Assembly: GCA_043803225.1 (NCBI GenBank)
Contig: JAZDKF010000026.1
Location: forward strand, 2,250 to 66,249
From: Candidatus Beckwithbacteria bacterium
GTDB taxonomy: Bacteria; Patescibacteriota; Microgenomatia; UBA1400; CG1-02-47-37
Direction of reading: 5' to 3'
Length of the DNA stretch: 64,000 nucleotides
Shown here: in pieces, positions 52,302 through 61,341 of the stretch
How the letters are laid out: the number at the start of each line of letters is the position of its first letter
Numbering within the stretch: the stretch's first letter is position 1
Made by a program: the position numbers and the translations under genes
The notes under the pieces: model-generated
Seen by the model: the letters and a program-made list of their open reading frames with translations, nothing else
Told to the model about the DNA's origin: nothing
Databases searched by the model: none

Positions 52302-53293
52302 TATCTTTACCTGCCAATATGTGGATAAAGAGGGGATAGCTTGCTATATCAACCCTTTTACCTCATTAATTTTTAGAAACTATAAGACAGCTTTGTGGAT
52401 AAATTTTTTATAATTTCCTAAGTAATTATCTAAATAGATTTTTCTGTTTATAGCATAACAGTTAGGCAACTAAGCGTCAATAATGTGCGACATTAACTTA
52501 AAAGGTCAGTTCCGCATGGATTACTAAAACTGAAGCCTGGTTTTATTGCCAAACTGACTATAACTTCTTAAATAGTCGCATTTTTCTTGAAGAAAACCTC
52601 ACCAAATCGCGTTTAAGGCCTTTATTTAATACGAGCTGATAAAAGTATAGCTTGATTTTGGAAAAAATAGGAAATAATAAATTTCCGCAGCTAAATGTTA
52701 TATTTATTAACAGTAGGTAAGTCTTTGATCCTTTCGGTCTAGTTTCGGAAAATTATAAAAACTGCTTAACTCAATAAATAGAGGATCTTTGCAAATAGTA
52801 ATTAGAATAAATTAAAAAAATTCCCAATCCACGGATAATTTTATAAAATGTACTAACTCGACCGCCTCCCCTTGGAACTCAGGAAGATAGTCGCAAAAGA
52901 TACATTGTGCGACATGATATCAACCCGAATAAAGCCCTAACCTACTTTAATCTCTTTACTCTTCTAGCAGGGAGCGGTTCACAACTGATATATCATCTTT
53001 ACTCATCTTTGCCTGGTTTCTAGCCTATCTAACCTAAACTTCAATCTAAATCTTTTTTTATACATCAACCCTTCCCTTAAGTTATCCACATATATATCAA
53101 ACCATTACAAAAAAAAGATTGATTTAGCAATCTAATTAAATGAATAACAGAAGAAAGCATCTGTTATAAATCATATTTCGTGAAAATATTTCAAAGATTT
53201 TGTGAAAACTTTCCTACTTATTATAGGATATAAAAACTATAGGACCTATAATCTTTTCCTCACTCCTCTACTTCTAAGCTTCTATCTAAAAAA
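52302..53293. promoter_or_regulatory. Putative replication origin-like region with DnaA boxes
   Basis: Longest intergenic stretch in the window, AT-rich; perfect boxes TGTGGATAA at 52320 and 52394 and TTATCCACA at 53082, plus degenerate boxes. Confidence 0.6.
52888..52915. other. dif-like Xer recombination site (11-6-11)
   Basis: TAGTCGCAAAA-GATACA-TTGTGCGACAT; inverted arms around a 6-bp spacer, ~0.6 kb from xer. Confidence 0.65.
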
Positions 53294-54058
53294 TTACCAT
53301 TGGGCTAGAAAAAAGGTTAAGCCAAAAACTAAACCCCCAACCCATAAATACTCGCTAATCGTTTTTTTAAATAACCTTCCTGAAAGCCGGTTTTGCACCA
53401 GCCCTAACCCGACATACAAACCAGTGACTACAAATAAAGAAGCCATGGTAATTGTTACCGGCCAAAAACTGATCATAAACGCTAAACCTGCCAATCCCCA
53501 ACTTAGTCCCAAACTGTTATACCATTCTTCCTGTCTGACTTTTTCATCTAAATTTACACTCCAAAGTCCCTGTAAAATTAACGGCAGACTGGTCACTCCA
53601 ACGATTAACCCATTCCACCAGGGAGAAAATCGAAACGAAAACATTGTATCCCAGAGAAAAAAAGCCACAATTAAAGTCAATAAAAATCCGACCGCGTGGG
53701 CTGCTCGAAGCAGTTGGATAGTCCTGATTGCTGCTACTGAAAAAATATTTTCAGTTAAAAGCAAAGCGTACATACCGACTCCAAACACACTAAGAATCAC
53801 TAATCGGCTCAACAACCTGACCGGCAACAAAAAGTAAAATAAAGCCACCGCGACTGGATAAAAAACCGGCAGGATCAAAACCATAAACCACTCAATTCCT
53901 TTTAAATCGTCAAATAACGCCCAGGCAGATAAACCATAAGCCACTCCTGCCAAAAGCCCGATAGCCTGATATCTGACTTCAATCTCAATTGATTGAATTG
54001 CCAATAAACCAAAACTTAAAATCGTGGAAACAATAACTAACCTTAGCCTTTTTGTCAT
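53294..54058 (-). CDS. Polytopic membrane protein (DUF5656-like)
   Basis: About 8 TMs; ENIFSVAAIRTIQLLRAA motif. Confidence 0.7.
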   Translation of the reverse strand: MTKRLRLVIVSTILSFGLLAIQSIEIEVRYQAIGLLAGVAYGLSAWALFDDLKGIEWFMVLILPVFYPVAVALFYFLLPVRLLSRLVILSVFGVGMYALLLTENIFSVAAIRTIQLLRAAHAVGFLLTLIVAFFLWDTMFSFRFSPWWNGLIVGVTSLPLILQGLWSVNLDEKVRQEEWYNSLGLSWGLAGLAFMISFWPVTITMASLFVVTGLYVGLGLVQNRLSGRLFKKTISEYLWVGGLVFGLTFFLAQW

Positions 54059-54762
54059 AAATTAGTATAAATCGCTTGGACATCATCCAGATCATCCAAT
54101 GTCTCGACAAAGTTTTCTACCTTTAGCTTCGCCTCTTCTTCAAGATTCATTCTGGTTTTTGGAACATAGACCAAATTAGCCTCTAAAATTGAACCGCCGT
54201 TAGCTTCAATCTTAGTTTTCACTTCACTTAGTTGGTTAGGGGCAATCAAGACTTCAACCGCATTTTCTCTCTCGCAAACATCATCTGCGCCTAAATCAAT
54301 CAGTTCCAGCATTTGCTCATCCACCTGAGGTTTCTTCGCCACCGCTAATAAGCCTTTTTTATCAAATAAAAAGGCGGCTGAACCAGGTTGACCCAGACTT
54401 CCCCCACCCTTTTCAAAAATCTTTTTAATCTCGTTGACTGTCCGATTTTTATTATCAGTTAGGACTTCAACCATTATGGCTGTCTGAGCCGGCCCAAATC
54501 CCTCATAAACTGCCTCCATAAAACCCTGGTCCCCGACTCCGTTGCCTTTTTCAATTGCCCGATCAATATTCACCTTCGGCATATTAACTTGTCTGGCTTT
54601 TTCTACAGCTAACCTTAATTTAAAATTACTGTCTAAATCCGGTCCTCCATCTCTGCAGGCAACCGTAATCGCTCTAACCAGCTTAGTAAAGATTTGACCG
54701 CGTTTATGATCAGTCGCTTCCTTTTTATGCTTTATCGTTGACCACTTTGAATGACCTGACAT
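54055..54762 (-). CDS. yebC: YebC/PmpR family protein
   Basis: MSGHSKWSTIKHKK, YEGFGP, TDNKNRT, DDVQ. Confidence 0.95.
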   Translation of the reverse strand: MSGHSKWSTIKHKKEATDHKRGQIFTKLVRAITVACRDGGPDLDSNFKLRLAVEKARQVNMPKVNIDRAIEKGNGVGDQGFMEAVYEGFGPAQTAIMVEVLTDNKNRTVNEIKKIFEKGGGSLGQPGSAAFLFDKKGLLAVAKKPQVDEQMLELIDLGADDVCERENAVEVLIAPNQLSEVKTKIEANGGSILEANLVYVPKTRMNLEEEAKLKVENFVETLDDLDDVQAIYTNL

Positions 54763-54783
54763 AGCCTAATTGTAACACTCCCG

Positions 54784-55653
54784 TTAGAGTTTCGTATAGT
54801 CTTGTCCCACAATAATAACTATATCAGACCTATATTCAAATGTATCACCCACCTCAATAGTATTAATATTTAATCCTTGACTCAAATTCTTTACTGTTAA
54901 CGAAGTTTTTAGCTTTTGATTAGCGACTATAATCTGCGAATCTTCCTGCTCAAGAGTATTACTGATCAACCTAACCTCGATTCCTAAATTACTTGCCAAC
55001 CGGCTAACATTAGCAGCGACTCCATCTGCTCCGCTGGCATTTAACACGGCTACACTTAAACCTTCTTCAGCTAGTTGTTGATTAAAAATCTGTTCATGAA
55101 CGATCTGATCGAGAATTGACTGATTCACCCGAAAAATTTTAGTCTGGTCTCGCAAAAACTCCGGTTGCCAAGCTAAACTCTTTTCTAAATCAACTTTTCT
55201 CTTAACTGTGGCCGTAAACTTTTCAAACCATAATAGTCTGATCTTATCCCACCAGGTTAAATTAGTTCGCTTATCAATCTGCCAACCGGAAATTGATACC
55301 CCCAGTAAATCTTGAACTGATCTAGTTAGGATTATCCCGGGTTTTTTTTCCAATTGTCCTAATTGAGCTACCTTGCCCAAACGGTACTCTCCAAAACCAA
55401 AACCAACTTTAACCATAGTTTCCGCTGGAATTAATAATTGGATTAACTTTTTTTCCTTCAGGCTGACTAACTTAACCTTAACTATCTGATCTTGCTCTAC
55501 CACTCCAAACCAAATCTGATCATTCCACTGACTTTGGTTAATGCCTCGGACCAACCAAACAACCAATAATATTAATAAAGTTAAACCAAAAAAACTAATT
55601 ACCAGCCTTTTCCAGCCGGTTGCTTTTTGGTCTCTTTTATTAAAGCGGTTCAT
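54784..55653 (-). CDS. Membrane-anchored LytR C-terminal domain protein
   Basis: N-terminal TM; VAVLNASG..G.A and DIVIIVGQDY. Confidence 0.75.
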   Translation of the reverse strand: MNRFNKRDQKATGWKRLVISFFGLTLLILLVVWLVRGINQSQWNDQIWFGVVEQDQIVKVKLVSLKEKKLIQLLIPAETMVKVGFGFGEYRLGKVAQLGQLEKKPGIILTRSVQDLLGVSISGWQIDKRTNLTWWDKIRLLWFEKFTATVKRKVDLEKSLAWQPEFLRDQTKIFRVNQSILDQIVHEQIFNQQLAEEGLSVAVLNASGADGVAANVSRLASNLGIEVRLISNTLEQEDSQIIVANQKLKTSLTVKNLSQGLNINTIEVGDTFEYRSDIVIIVGQDYTKL

Positions 55654-55663
55654 TATTGAATTA

Positions 55664-56356
55664 TCAGTCTTTTGTTAATTTATCGAGCACTCCCTGTAAA
55701 TCGACTGCTAACTCTGTCTTAAACTGCTGTTGTTGGCCAGAAATAGGATGTATCAGGCATAATTCCTTAGCTTGGAGAAATAATCTGGGGCACCACTGGC
55801 GGTCAGCTCGACTAGTCTTCCGGCCTGCATACCATTCATCTGCCACTAATGGATAGCCTAGATGTTTTAAATGAACTCGAATCTGATGGGTTCGGCCGGT
55901 TTTCGGTTTTACGGCCAATAAACTTAAAGCTTGACCTTGGTAACAATAATAATCTAGTACTTGATACTTAGTCTTTGCCTCTCTTCCGCCAACAAACACT
56001 CCAAATCGTTTCCGATTAAAAGGATTTCTGTTTATTGGCGCATTTATTTCCCCTTCTTTTGGTTTAACCAGGCCATGGACTAAACACCAGTAAGTTTTTT
56101 GCACTGTTCGATCCTTAAACTGTTTTTGCAATGCCTGCATTGTGCTTTCAGTTTTAGCCACCACTAACAACCCACTGGTCTCCTTATCTAAACGATGAAC
56201 TATTCCTGCCCGGTCAAGTTTAATCTTTTTAAGTTTAATCAACCAATCCTGTAAGGTTACCATTCCTTTAGTTGTCTCGGCTTGATTTATAATCATTCCC
56301 GCCGGTTTGTCGACTACTAACAGCGTTTTATCTTCAAAAACTATGATTGGCTCCAT
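55664..56356 (-). CDS. RluA-family pseudouridine synthase
   Basis: VDKPAG, VHRLDKETSG, TGRTHQIRVH. Confidence 0.94.
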   Translation of the reverse strand: MEPIIVFEDKTLLVVDKPAGMIINQAETTKGMVTLQDWLIKLKKIKLDRAGIVHRLDKETSGLLVVAKTESTMQALQKQFKDRTVQKTYWCLVHGLVKPKEGEINAPINRNPFNRKRFGVFVGGREAKTKYQVLDYYCYQGQALSLLAVKPKTGRTHQIRVHLKHLGYPLVADEWYAGRKTSRADRQWCPRLFLQAKELCLIHPISGQQQQFKTELAVDLQGVLDKLTKD

Positions 56357-56708
56357 AGATCAAACTATACATTAAGCTTAAGACTCCGGCTACAATAAAA
56401 CCATCGCCAAGATTAAAAACCGGTAATAATGGCAAAGATATATAGTCCACCACTCCCCCTCTTAAAATTCTGTCCAACCAGTTGCTTAATCCTCCGCTAA
56501 TAATTAAACTCACTGTCCAAGAAAATTTAAACTTAATTCCAAACCAAATTAATACTCCCAAAGTAATTATCAACCAAAACCACTGCCAATGACTACCCCA
56601 ACCAAAGGCGATTCCCTGATTTAATTGAAAAAATCCCCGATAAATTACCCACTGCTTTAATCCTTGATCAAACAGAATTAACCAAAGAATTCTCCTAAAC
56701 TTAGGCAT
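56334..56708 (-). CDS. lspA: Lipoprotein signal peptidase II
   Basis: DQGLK, NQGIAFG, GGLSNWLDR..GGVVDYI, FNLGD. Confidence 0.88.
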   Translation of the reverse strand: MPKFRRILWLILFDQGLKQWVIYRGFFQLNQGIAFGWGSHWQWFWLIITLGVLIWFGIKFKFSWTVSLIISGGLSNWLDRILRGGVVDYISLPLLPVFNLGDGFIVAGVLSLMYSLIYGANHSF

Positions 56709-57075
56709 TATCCTTTATCTTTTTAGCACACTCAATGCAATGAGTCGCCGTGGCATCGATTGCCAATCGATCAGTGTCAATCAACTTATGGCAACCTTCA
56801 CAAATTCCAAATCTTCCCACTTTAATCTTAGTTAAGGTTTTTCGAATTCTTATTAAAGTTTTTTCTACTTCAAGTTTAAGCGCTGAAATGCGATCGTGGC
56901 CAGCTTCTTCTTTGGCTTCAGTATCAACCGCTGCATTATCATTTACCCGGTCCTGATCTGTAAACGGATCTTCTTTTTCCAATTCAAATTTTCGTCTTTT
57001 TAACTTTTTCTCCTCTTTTTGCAAATATGTTTTTAACGGATTTAATATCGGTAAAGGAAATTTAATTCTGGACAT
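56701..57075 (-). CDS. DksA/TraR C4 zinc-finger protein
   Basis: GICEGC..IDTDRL..CIEC. Confidence 0.85.
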   Translation of the reverse strand: MSRIKFPLPILNPLKTYLQKEEKKLKRRKFELEKEDPFTDQDRVNDNAAVDTEAKEEAGHDRISALKLEVEKTLIRIRKTLTKIKVGRFGICEGCHKLIDTDRLAIDATATHCIECAKKIKDNA

Positions 57076-57097
57076 ACTCTCTTATTTTAGCTAATAA

Positions 57098-57868
57098 CTA
57101 CTTAAAATCAAAGCCGAGTTTTTTTCGCTTAAGCTTTAAACGCCGGAAAGTCTTTATTTTTTCTTCAGCTCTATCTTTTTTAAATAAAGTCGCTAAGCGG
57201 CCCGAACGTTCTAAAAGTAAACTTATGCCTAAACCGATTAATCCGCCTCCAAGCCAAACAGTTCCGCCTTTGAGTCCTAACTGTAATCCTCCGAAGCTCA
57301 ATAAATATGCCGCTGCTAAAAAACCAGGCTTAGCTTCAGTTAAACTGCCTTTATACCAGCTAAAACTGCGATACTTTTTATTCCAAAAAACCAACAGCCG
57401 GTAAATTATCACCAAACCTAAAACCCAAATCAGCTCCCAAGGTAATTGCCATTTGCCGACTGCTAAAAATTGGCCGATCCGGCCAAAAATTTCTACAATC
57501 AATTGGCTGAAAACCGTTACTTCTAATACCTGCCAAAATGACCAACGTTTCTTCAAAATCCAGAAAATTATGGTCGCCCAAAAACCTATAAACGCACCCT
57601 CATAAGCTAATCCAGGAAATTTGGTTATAAAAATAATCTTATACCAGTTATTATATTGTTCCCAATGAGCCAATACCTGCCAGGCTCTGGCACAAAAAAA
57701 ACTTACCATTCCACCCAGCAACCATCCATCCACCAATCCCTCTTCATCTACGCCTTCTTCTTTGCCTTTTTGCCATAAACTAAAACCGCCGAAAAACACT
57801 CCCAGTAACATTAATACCCCAAAAGAATGAATCGCTATTGGTCCGATTGAAACTAAAGTTGGCCACAT
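57098..57868 (-). CDS. lgt: Prolipoprotein diacylglyceryl transferase-like (Lgt)
   Basis: PTLVSIGPIAIHSFG, CARAW, GLAYEGA, GRIGQF; start at ATG 57868. Confidence 0.72.
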   Translation of the reverse strand: MWPTLVSIGPIAIHSFGVLMLLGVFFGGFSLWQKGKEEGVDEEGLVDGWLLGGMVSFFCARAWQVLAHWEQYNNWYKIIFITKFPGLAYEGAFIGFWATIIFWILKKRWSFWQVLEVTVFSQLIVEIFGRIGQFLAVGKWQLPWELIWVLGLVIIYRLLVFWNKKYRSFSWYKGSLTEAKPGFLAAAYLLSFGGLQLGLKGGTVWLGGGLIGLGISLLLERSGRLATLFKKDRAEEKIKTFRRLKLKRKKLGFDFK

Positions 57869-57902
57869 ATACTCAATAGTATAACATGCTATACTAAACT
57901 TC

Positions 57903-58340
57903 ATGCTCGCTGCATCACACGCTTTAATTGGCGCCGCAATTGCCACCACTGTTCCCGATCCTTGGCTGGGATTTCCCTTAGCAATCTTAAGTCATTTTCT
58001 CATTGACCTTTTCCCCCACTGGGATGCTCACACTCGTCACACCAACAGAACTAAACCGGTTATTATCGTTATTTCTCTGACTGACGCCTTTATTGGTTTT
58101 TTCCTGGGCTGGTTAATTTTCTCCTCTTCCGTGAACCAATCTTACTTATTTACGATGATGTTTATTTCCCAATTACCCGATTGGATTGAAGCTCCTTACC
58201 ATGTCTTTGATTGGCATTTTTTCCCATTTTCTTCCATTAAAAATCTCCAAAGCCGGCTCCACTTTAAACTTAACTGGCCCTGGGGATTATACTCTCAAGT
58301 TATTCTCGTAATTATTATCGTTCTTCTCGCTAGGCTCTAG
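57903..58340 (+). CDS. Small membrane protein, membrane-bound metal-dependent hydrolase-like
   Basis: SHALIG, SHFLIDLFPHWD, LPD His/Asp motifs. Confidence 0.6.
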   Translation: MLAASHALIGAAIATTVPDPWLGFPLAILSHFLIDLFPHWDAHTRHTNRTKPVIIVISLTDAFIGFFLGWLIFSSSVNQSYLFTMMFISQLPDWIEAPYHVFDWHFFPFSSIKNLQSRLHFKLNWPWGLYSQVILVIIIVLLARL

Positions 58341-58887
58341 CCACATAACTAGCGTCACGCGTATCCACCACTATCTTTTCACCCTGCTTAATAAACAATG
58401 GCACTTTAATATTTAAGCCGTTTTCCAAAGTTGCTGGTTTATAAATATTCGCTACGCTATTGCCTTTTTCACCCGGATCTGTCTGCTTAACTGTTAAAGT
58501 TAACTTGGCCGGCAGTTCTAAAGCCAGCGCTGTTTCTTCCCAATATAAAACTTGGACTTCCACACCATCAGACAAGTACTGCTTTTGTTCTTTAATCAAC
58601 TCATTATCAATCTCTACTTGCTCATAACTGACCGGATCCATAAATATACTGTTATTAGCATCAGAATATAAATACTGCATCTTTTTCCGTTTCAGTTGAA
58701 TATCCGCCACACTATTCCCGCTACTGAAAGTTTTTACTGTTACTGATTGGGTAATTAAGTTTTTGACTCTGACTTTAATCGTCGCATTCCCCCGCCCCAT
58801 TTTGGTAAATTCATACTTTAAAACCAGGTAAGGCTGGCCGTCCAGTTCAAAAGCAACGCCGTTTCGTAACTGATTGACATTAAGCAT
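58330..58887 (-). CDS. efp: Elongation factor P
   Basis: KMGRGNA loop, MQYLY, KPATLENG..VPLFI. Confidence 0.95.
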   Translation of the reverse strand: MLNVNQLRNGVAFELDGQPYLVLKYEFTKMGRGNATIKVRVKNLITQSVTVKTFSSGNSVADIQLKRKKMQYLYSDANNSIFMDPVSYEQVEIDNELIKEQKQYLSDGVEVQVLYWEETALALELPAKLTLTVKQTDPGEKGNSVANIYKPATLENGLNIKVPLFIKQGEKIVVDTRDASYVARA

Positions 58888-58904
58888 ATGGTAGAATTAT
58901 AGCA

Positions 58905-58935
58905 GGCTTGCCCTGAGGAGCAAGCAACGAAGGGC
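58905..58935. repeat. tRNA-terminal hairpin repeat copy 5 (at tRNA-Leu CAA 5' end)
   Basis: GGCTT-GCCCTGAG-GAGCAAGCAA-CGAAGGGC. Confidence 0.7.
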
Positions 58936-59016
58936 GCGGTGTTGAAACTGGTAGACAAGCATGACTCAAAATCATGTGGAGGCAACTCCATGTGGGTTCG
59001 ATTCCCTCCCGCGCCA
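58933..59016 (+). tRNA. tRNA-Leu(CAA)
   Basis: GGCGCGG/CCGCGCC-A; CATGA-CT CAA AA-TCATG. Confidence 0.93.
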
Positions 59017-59023
59017 CAAAAGT

Positions 59024-60340
59024 CTATTCTCTTCTCTTTTTATCCACCCCGTAAAACTTGATTCGATCTCCTCTGAAACGCAGGTTAATTGTGGCCAATG
59101 GTCCGTTTCTATGTTTGGCTAATGTTAGCTTACAGTTTTCCAAATCGTTTTCATCTTCATGAAATAAAAACATGACCACATCGGCATCCTGTTCGATCCC
59201 GCCTGACTCTCTTAAATCAGCCAATTGTGGTTTAGGATTGCCTCGGTGCTCCACTGCCCGGGAAAGCTGAGATAAGGCTAAAACCGGAATTTTTAACTCT
59301 CTGGCTAAGTTTTTCAGCCCCATAGAAACTTCAGATATTTCCTGAACCCGGTTTTCTAAATTACGCGAATGGGCCAATTGTAAATAATCAACCACAATTA
59401 ACTTAACATTGTTTTCCACCTGCAGCCGTCTGGCTTTAGTCCGCATCTCCATTATCGACATTCCCGGTGTGTCATCAACATACAAAGGCGCTTCGGCCAA
59501 CTCTCCCATGGCATCAGATAGTTTGGTAAAATCCTGTTCGTTCAACTTCCCGGTTTTTAACTTCCAGGCATCAATATCTGCCTGAGATACCAATAGTCTG
59601 TCAACTAACTCCTCTTGGCTCATCTCTAAGGAGAAAAACCCTACCGGAATCTTGTACTTTACCGAAGCCTGTTGAGCTATATTTAAAGCCAAACTGGTCT
59701 TCCCCATTCCCGGCCTGGCCGCCAAAATAATTAAATTGCTTTGTTGTAATCCTGCCAACACATTATCTAAATCATAAAAGCCTGTCGGTACTCCCCTCAT
59801 CCCTCCGGCTTGCTTATGCAACTCGTCTAACCGGTCAAACGACTCGGCTAAAGCATCTTTAATATGAATAAAGTTTCTTGACAAATGCTGTTGGGATAAA
59901 GAAAAAATTCCTTTTTCTGCCTTGTCTAAGAGTTTATCTAAAGGCGCATTCTCGTCAAACGAGTCTTCCACTAACCGAGACGCTTGTGCAATCAACTCTC
60001 TTTTTGTGCCTAAATTTCTAATTATCTTAGCGTAGTTTAAAGCATGGGCGCTGGTCGGCACCCGATTAACTAATTCCGACAGATAAGCCGCTCCGCCGAT
60101 TTTCTTTAAAGTTTTTTTACTTCTTAATTTTTCCGCCACTGTCACCACATCTACTGGCTCCCGCTCCTCATACAAATCTCTGATTGCCTCAAAAATTAAT
60201 CCGTTTCTCTCCTGATAAAAATGTTCCCGTCTTAAAAACTCAGCTACCTCTACCACCGCATCTTTATCAATCAGTAATGCTCCTAATACTGACTGTTCCG
60301 CTTCGTCGCTATGGGGCGGGATTCGCATTGTTTTAGCCAT
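59024..60340 (-). CDS. dnaB: Replicative DNA helicase
   Basis: PPHS.EAEQSVLG, AARPGMGKT, VDYLQL, LSQLSR, DLRESGGIEQDAD, KHRNGP. Confidence 0.97.
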   Translation of the reverse strand: MAKTMRIPPHSDEAEQSVLGALLIDKDAVVEVAEFLRREHFYQERNGLIFEAIRDLYEEREPVDVVTVAEKLRSKKTLKKIGGAAYLSELVNRVPTSAHALNYAKIIRNLGTKRELIAQASRLVEDSFDENAPLDKLLDKAEKGIFSLSQQHLSRNFIHIKDALAESFDRLDELHKQAGGMRGVPTGFYDLDNVLAGLQQSNLIILAARPGMGKTSLALNIAQQASVKYKIPVGFFSLEMSQEELVDRLLVSQADIDAWKLKTGKLNEQDFTKLSDAMGELAEAPLYVDDTPGMSIMEMRTKARRLQVENNVKLIVVDYLQLAHSRNLENRVQEISEVSMGLKNLARELKIPVLALSQLSRAVEHRGNPKPQLADLRESGGIEQDADVVMFLFHEDENDLENCKLTLAKHRNGPLATINLRFRGDRIKFYGVDKKRRE

Positions 60341-60346
60341 AGATTT

Positions 60347-60832
60347 TTACTTTCCGGTTAATATTACCAACTCTGTCTCTTCAGGCAAGCTTAATTTATT
60401 TAAAGTCAACTTAGCTTCCTTTCTTGGTTCCAGCTCAATCTGTCTGATAAACTCATCTAATTTTGCTTTATCCTGATTATCTATCGGTATGACTATCGAC
60501 GGCTTAATCTGTTTAACTAATTCAACTGCTTGAGGCGAAACTAATAATAAATCTACGCCGTCTAGCCAATCCAGTTGTTTCTCGCTTAACTTTGATTTAG
60601 ATTGGCCCAAATAAGCTACCCTGATCTCGTCCAAATCATAAGTATATAGTGTTTGGCCGTCATCGCTCTTAAATCCGGCTATAATTACCCCTTTTACCTC
60701 ATACTCGCCCGGTCCATTGATAATCATCGGCTCAGCCGCAGATTCAATCACCGTCTTGCTTTGACTGATCTTCACCTTTACCTCTTTATGTTTCAACTGG
60801 TACTCAAAATTGCCTAAATATGATACTTCCAT
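60347..60832 (-). CDS. MBL-fold protein (Lactamase_B_3-like, degenerate)
   Basis: INGPGEYEVKGV, VAYLG, IKPSIVIP; metal-binding His residues not evident. Confidence 0.7.
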   Translation of the reverse strand: MEVSYLGNFEYQLKHKEVKVKISQSKTVIESAAEPMIINGPGEYEVKGVIIAGFKSDDGQTLYTYDLDEIRVAYLGQSKSKLSEKQLDWLDGVDLLLVSPQAVELVKQIKPSIVIPIDNQDKAKLDEFIRQIELEPRKEAKLTLNKLSLPEETELVILTGK

Positions 60833-60903
60833 AAACTCTAATTTATCACAGACACCCCCTCCTTGACAATCAAAATCTTATAGTGCTATATTGCCGGAGT
60901 CCT

Positions 60904-61341
60904 ATGAAAAAAGAAGTTTCTATCGCAATTGTCATCGGGCTGCTGATTGGTTTAATTATTACCTTAGGAATTTCTACAGCTAACAAAGCCTTAAATCAGC
61001 AAAAAACCAAGCAGACCGATTCAACCGGATCTGCAGTTCAATTTGACGGCACTAACAGCCATCAACAAAAATACCTTTCTATTACTTCTCATGAACCCTT
61101 TGATTTAATTAATCAAAGTGAAATTACTCTTTCCGGTATTGCCTGGCCGGATGCAGTCGTGGCTTTAATTTCAGAAAATTATACGCAAATAACCCAGGCT
61201 GATAAAGATGGAGTTTTTGCTTTTAAGTTTAATTTAATTAAGGGTTATAACGAAATTTCCATTATTGCCACTGACGAATCTCAAACCAGCCAAACCCAAA
61301 ACTTAGTGCTAACTTACTCGACTTCAAAAATTGAATTATGA
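60904..61341 (+). CDS. Membrane-anchored Ig-like domain protein
   Basis: N-terminal TM; ADKDGVF..L..GYNEI.I.ATD beta-sandwich pattern. Confidence 0.65.
   Translation: MKKEVSIAIVIGLLIGLIITLGISTANKALNQQKTKQTDSTGSAVQFDGTNSHQQKYLSITSHEPFDLINQSEITLSGIAWPDAVVALISENYTQITQADKDGVFAFKFNLIKGYNEISIIATDESQTSQTQNLVLTYSTSKIEL

Noticed and set aside
53202-53837. 211-aa plus-strand ORF
   Set aside because: Antisense shadow of the T/G-rich membrane-protein gene 53294..54058; other short antisense ORFs inside housekeeping genes are rejected likewise
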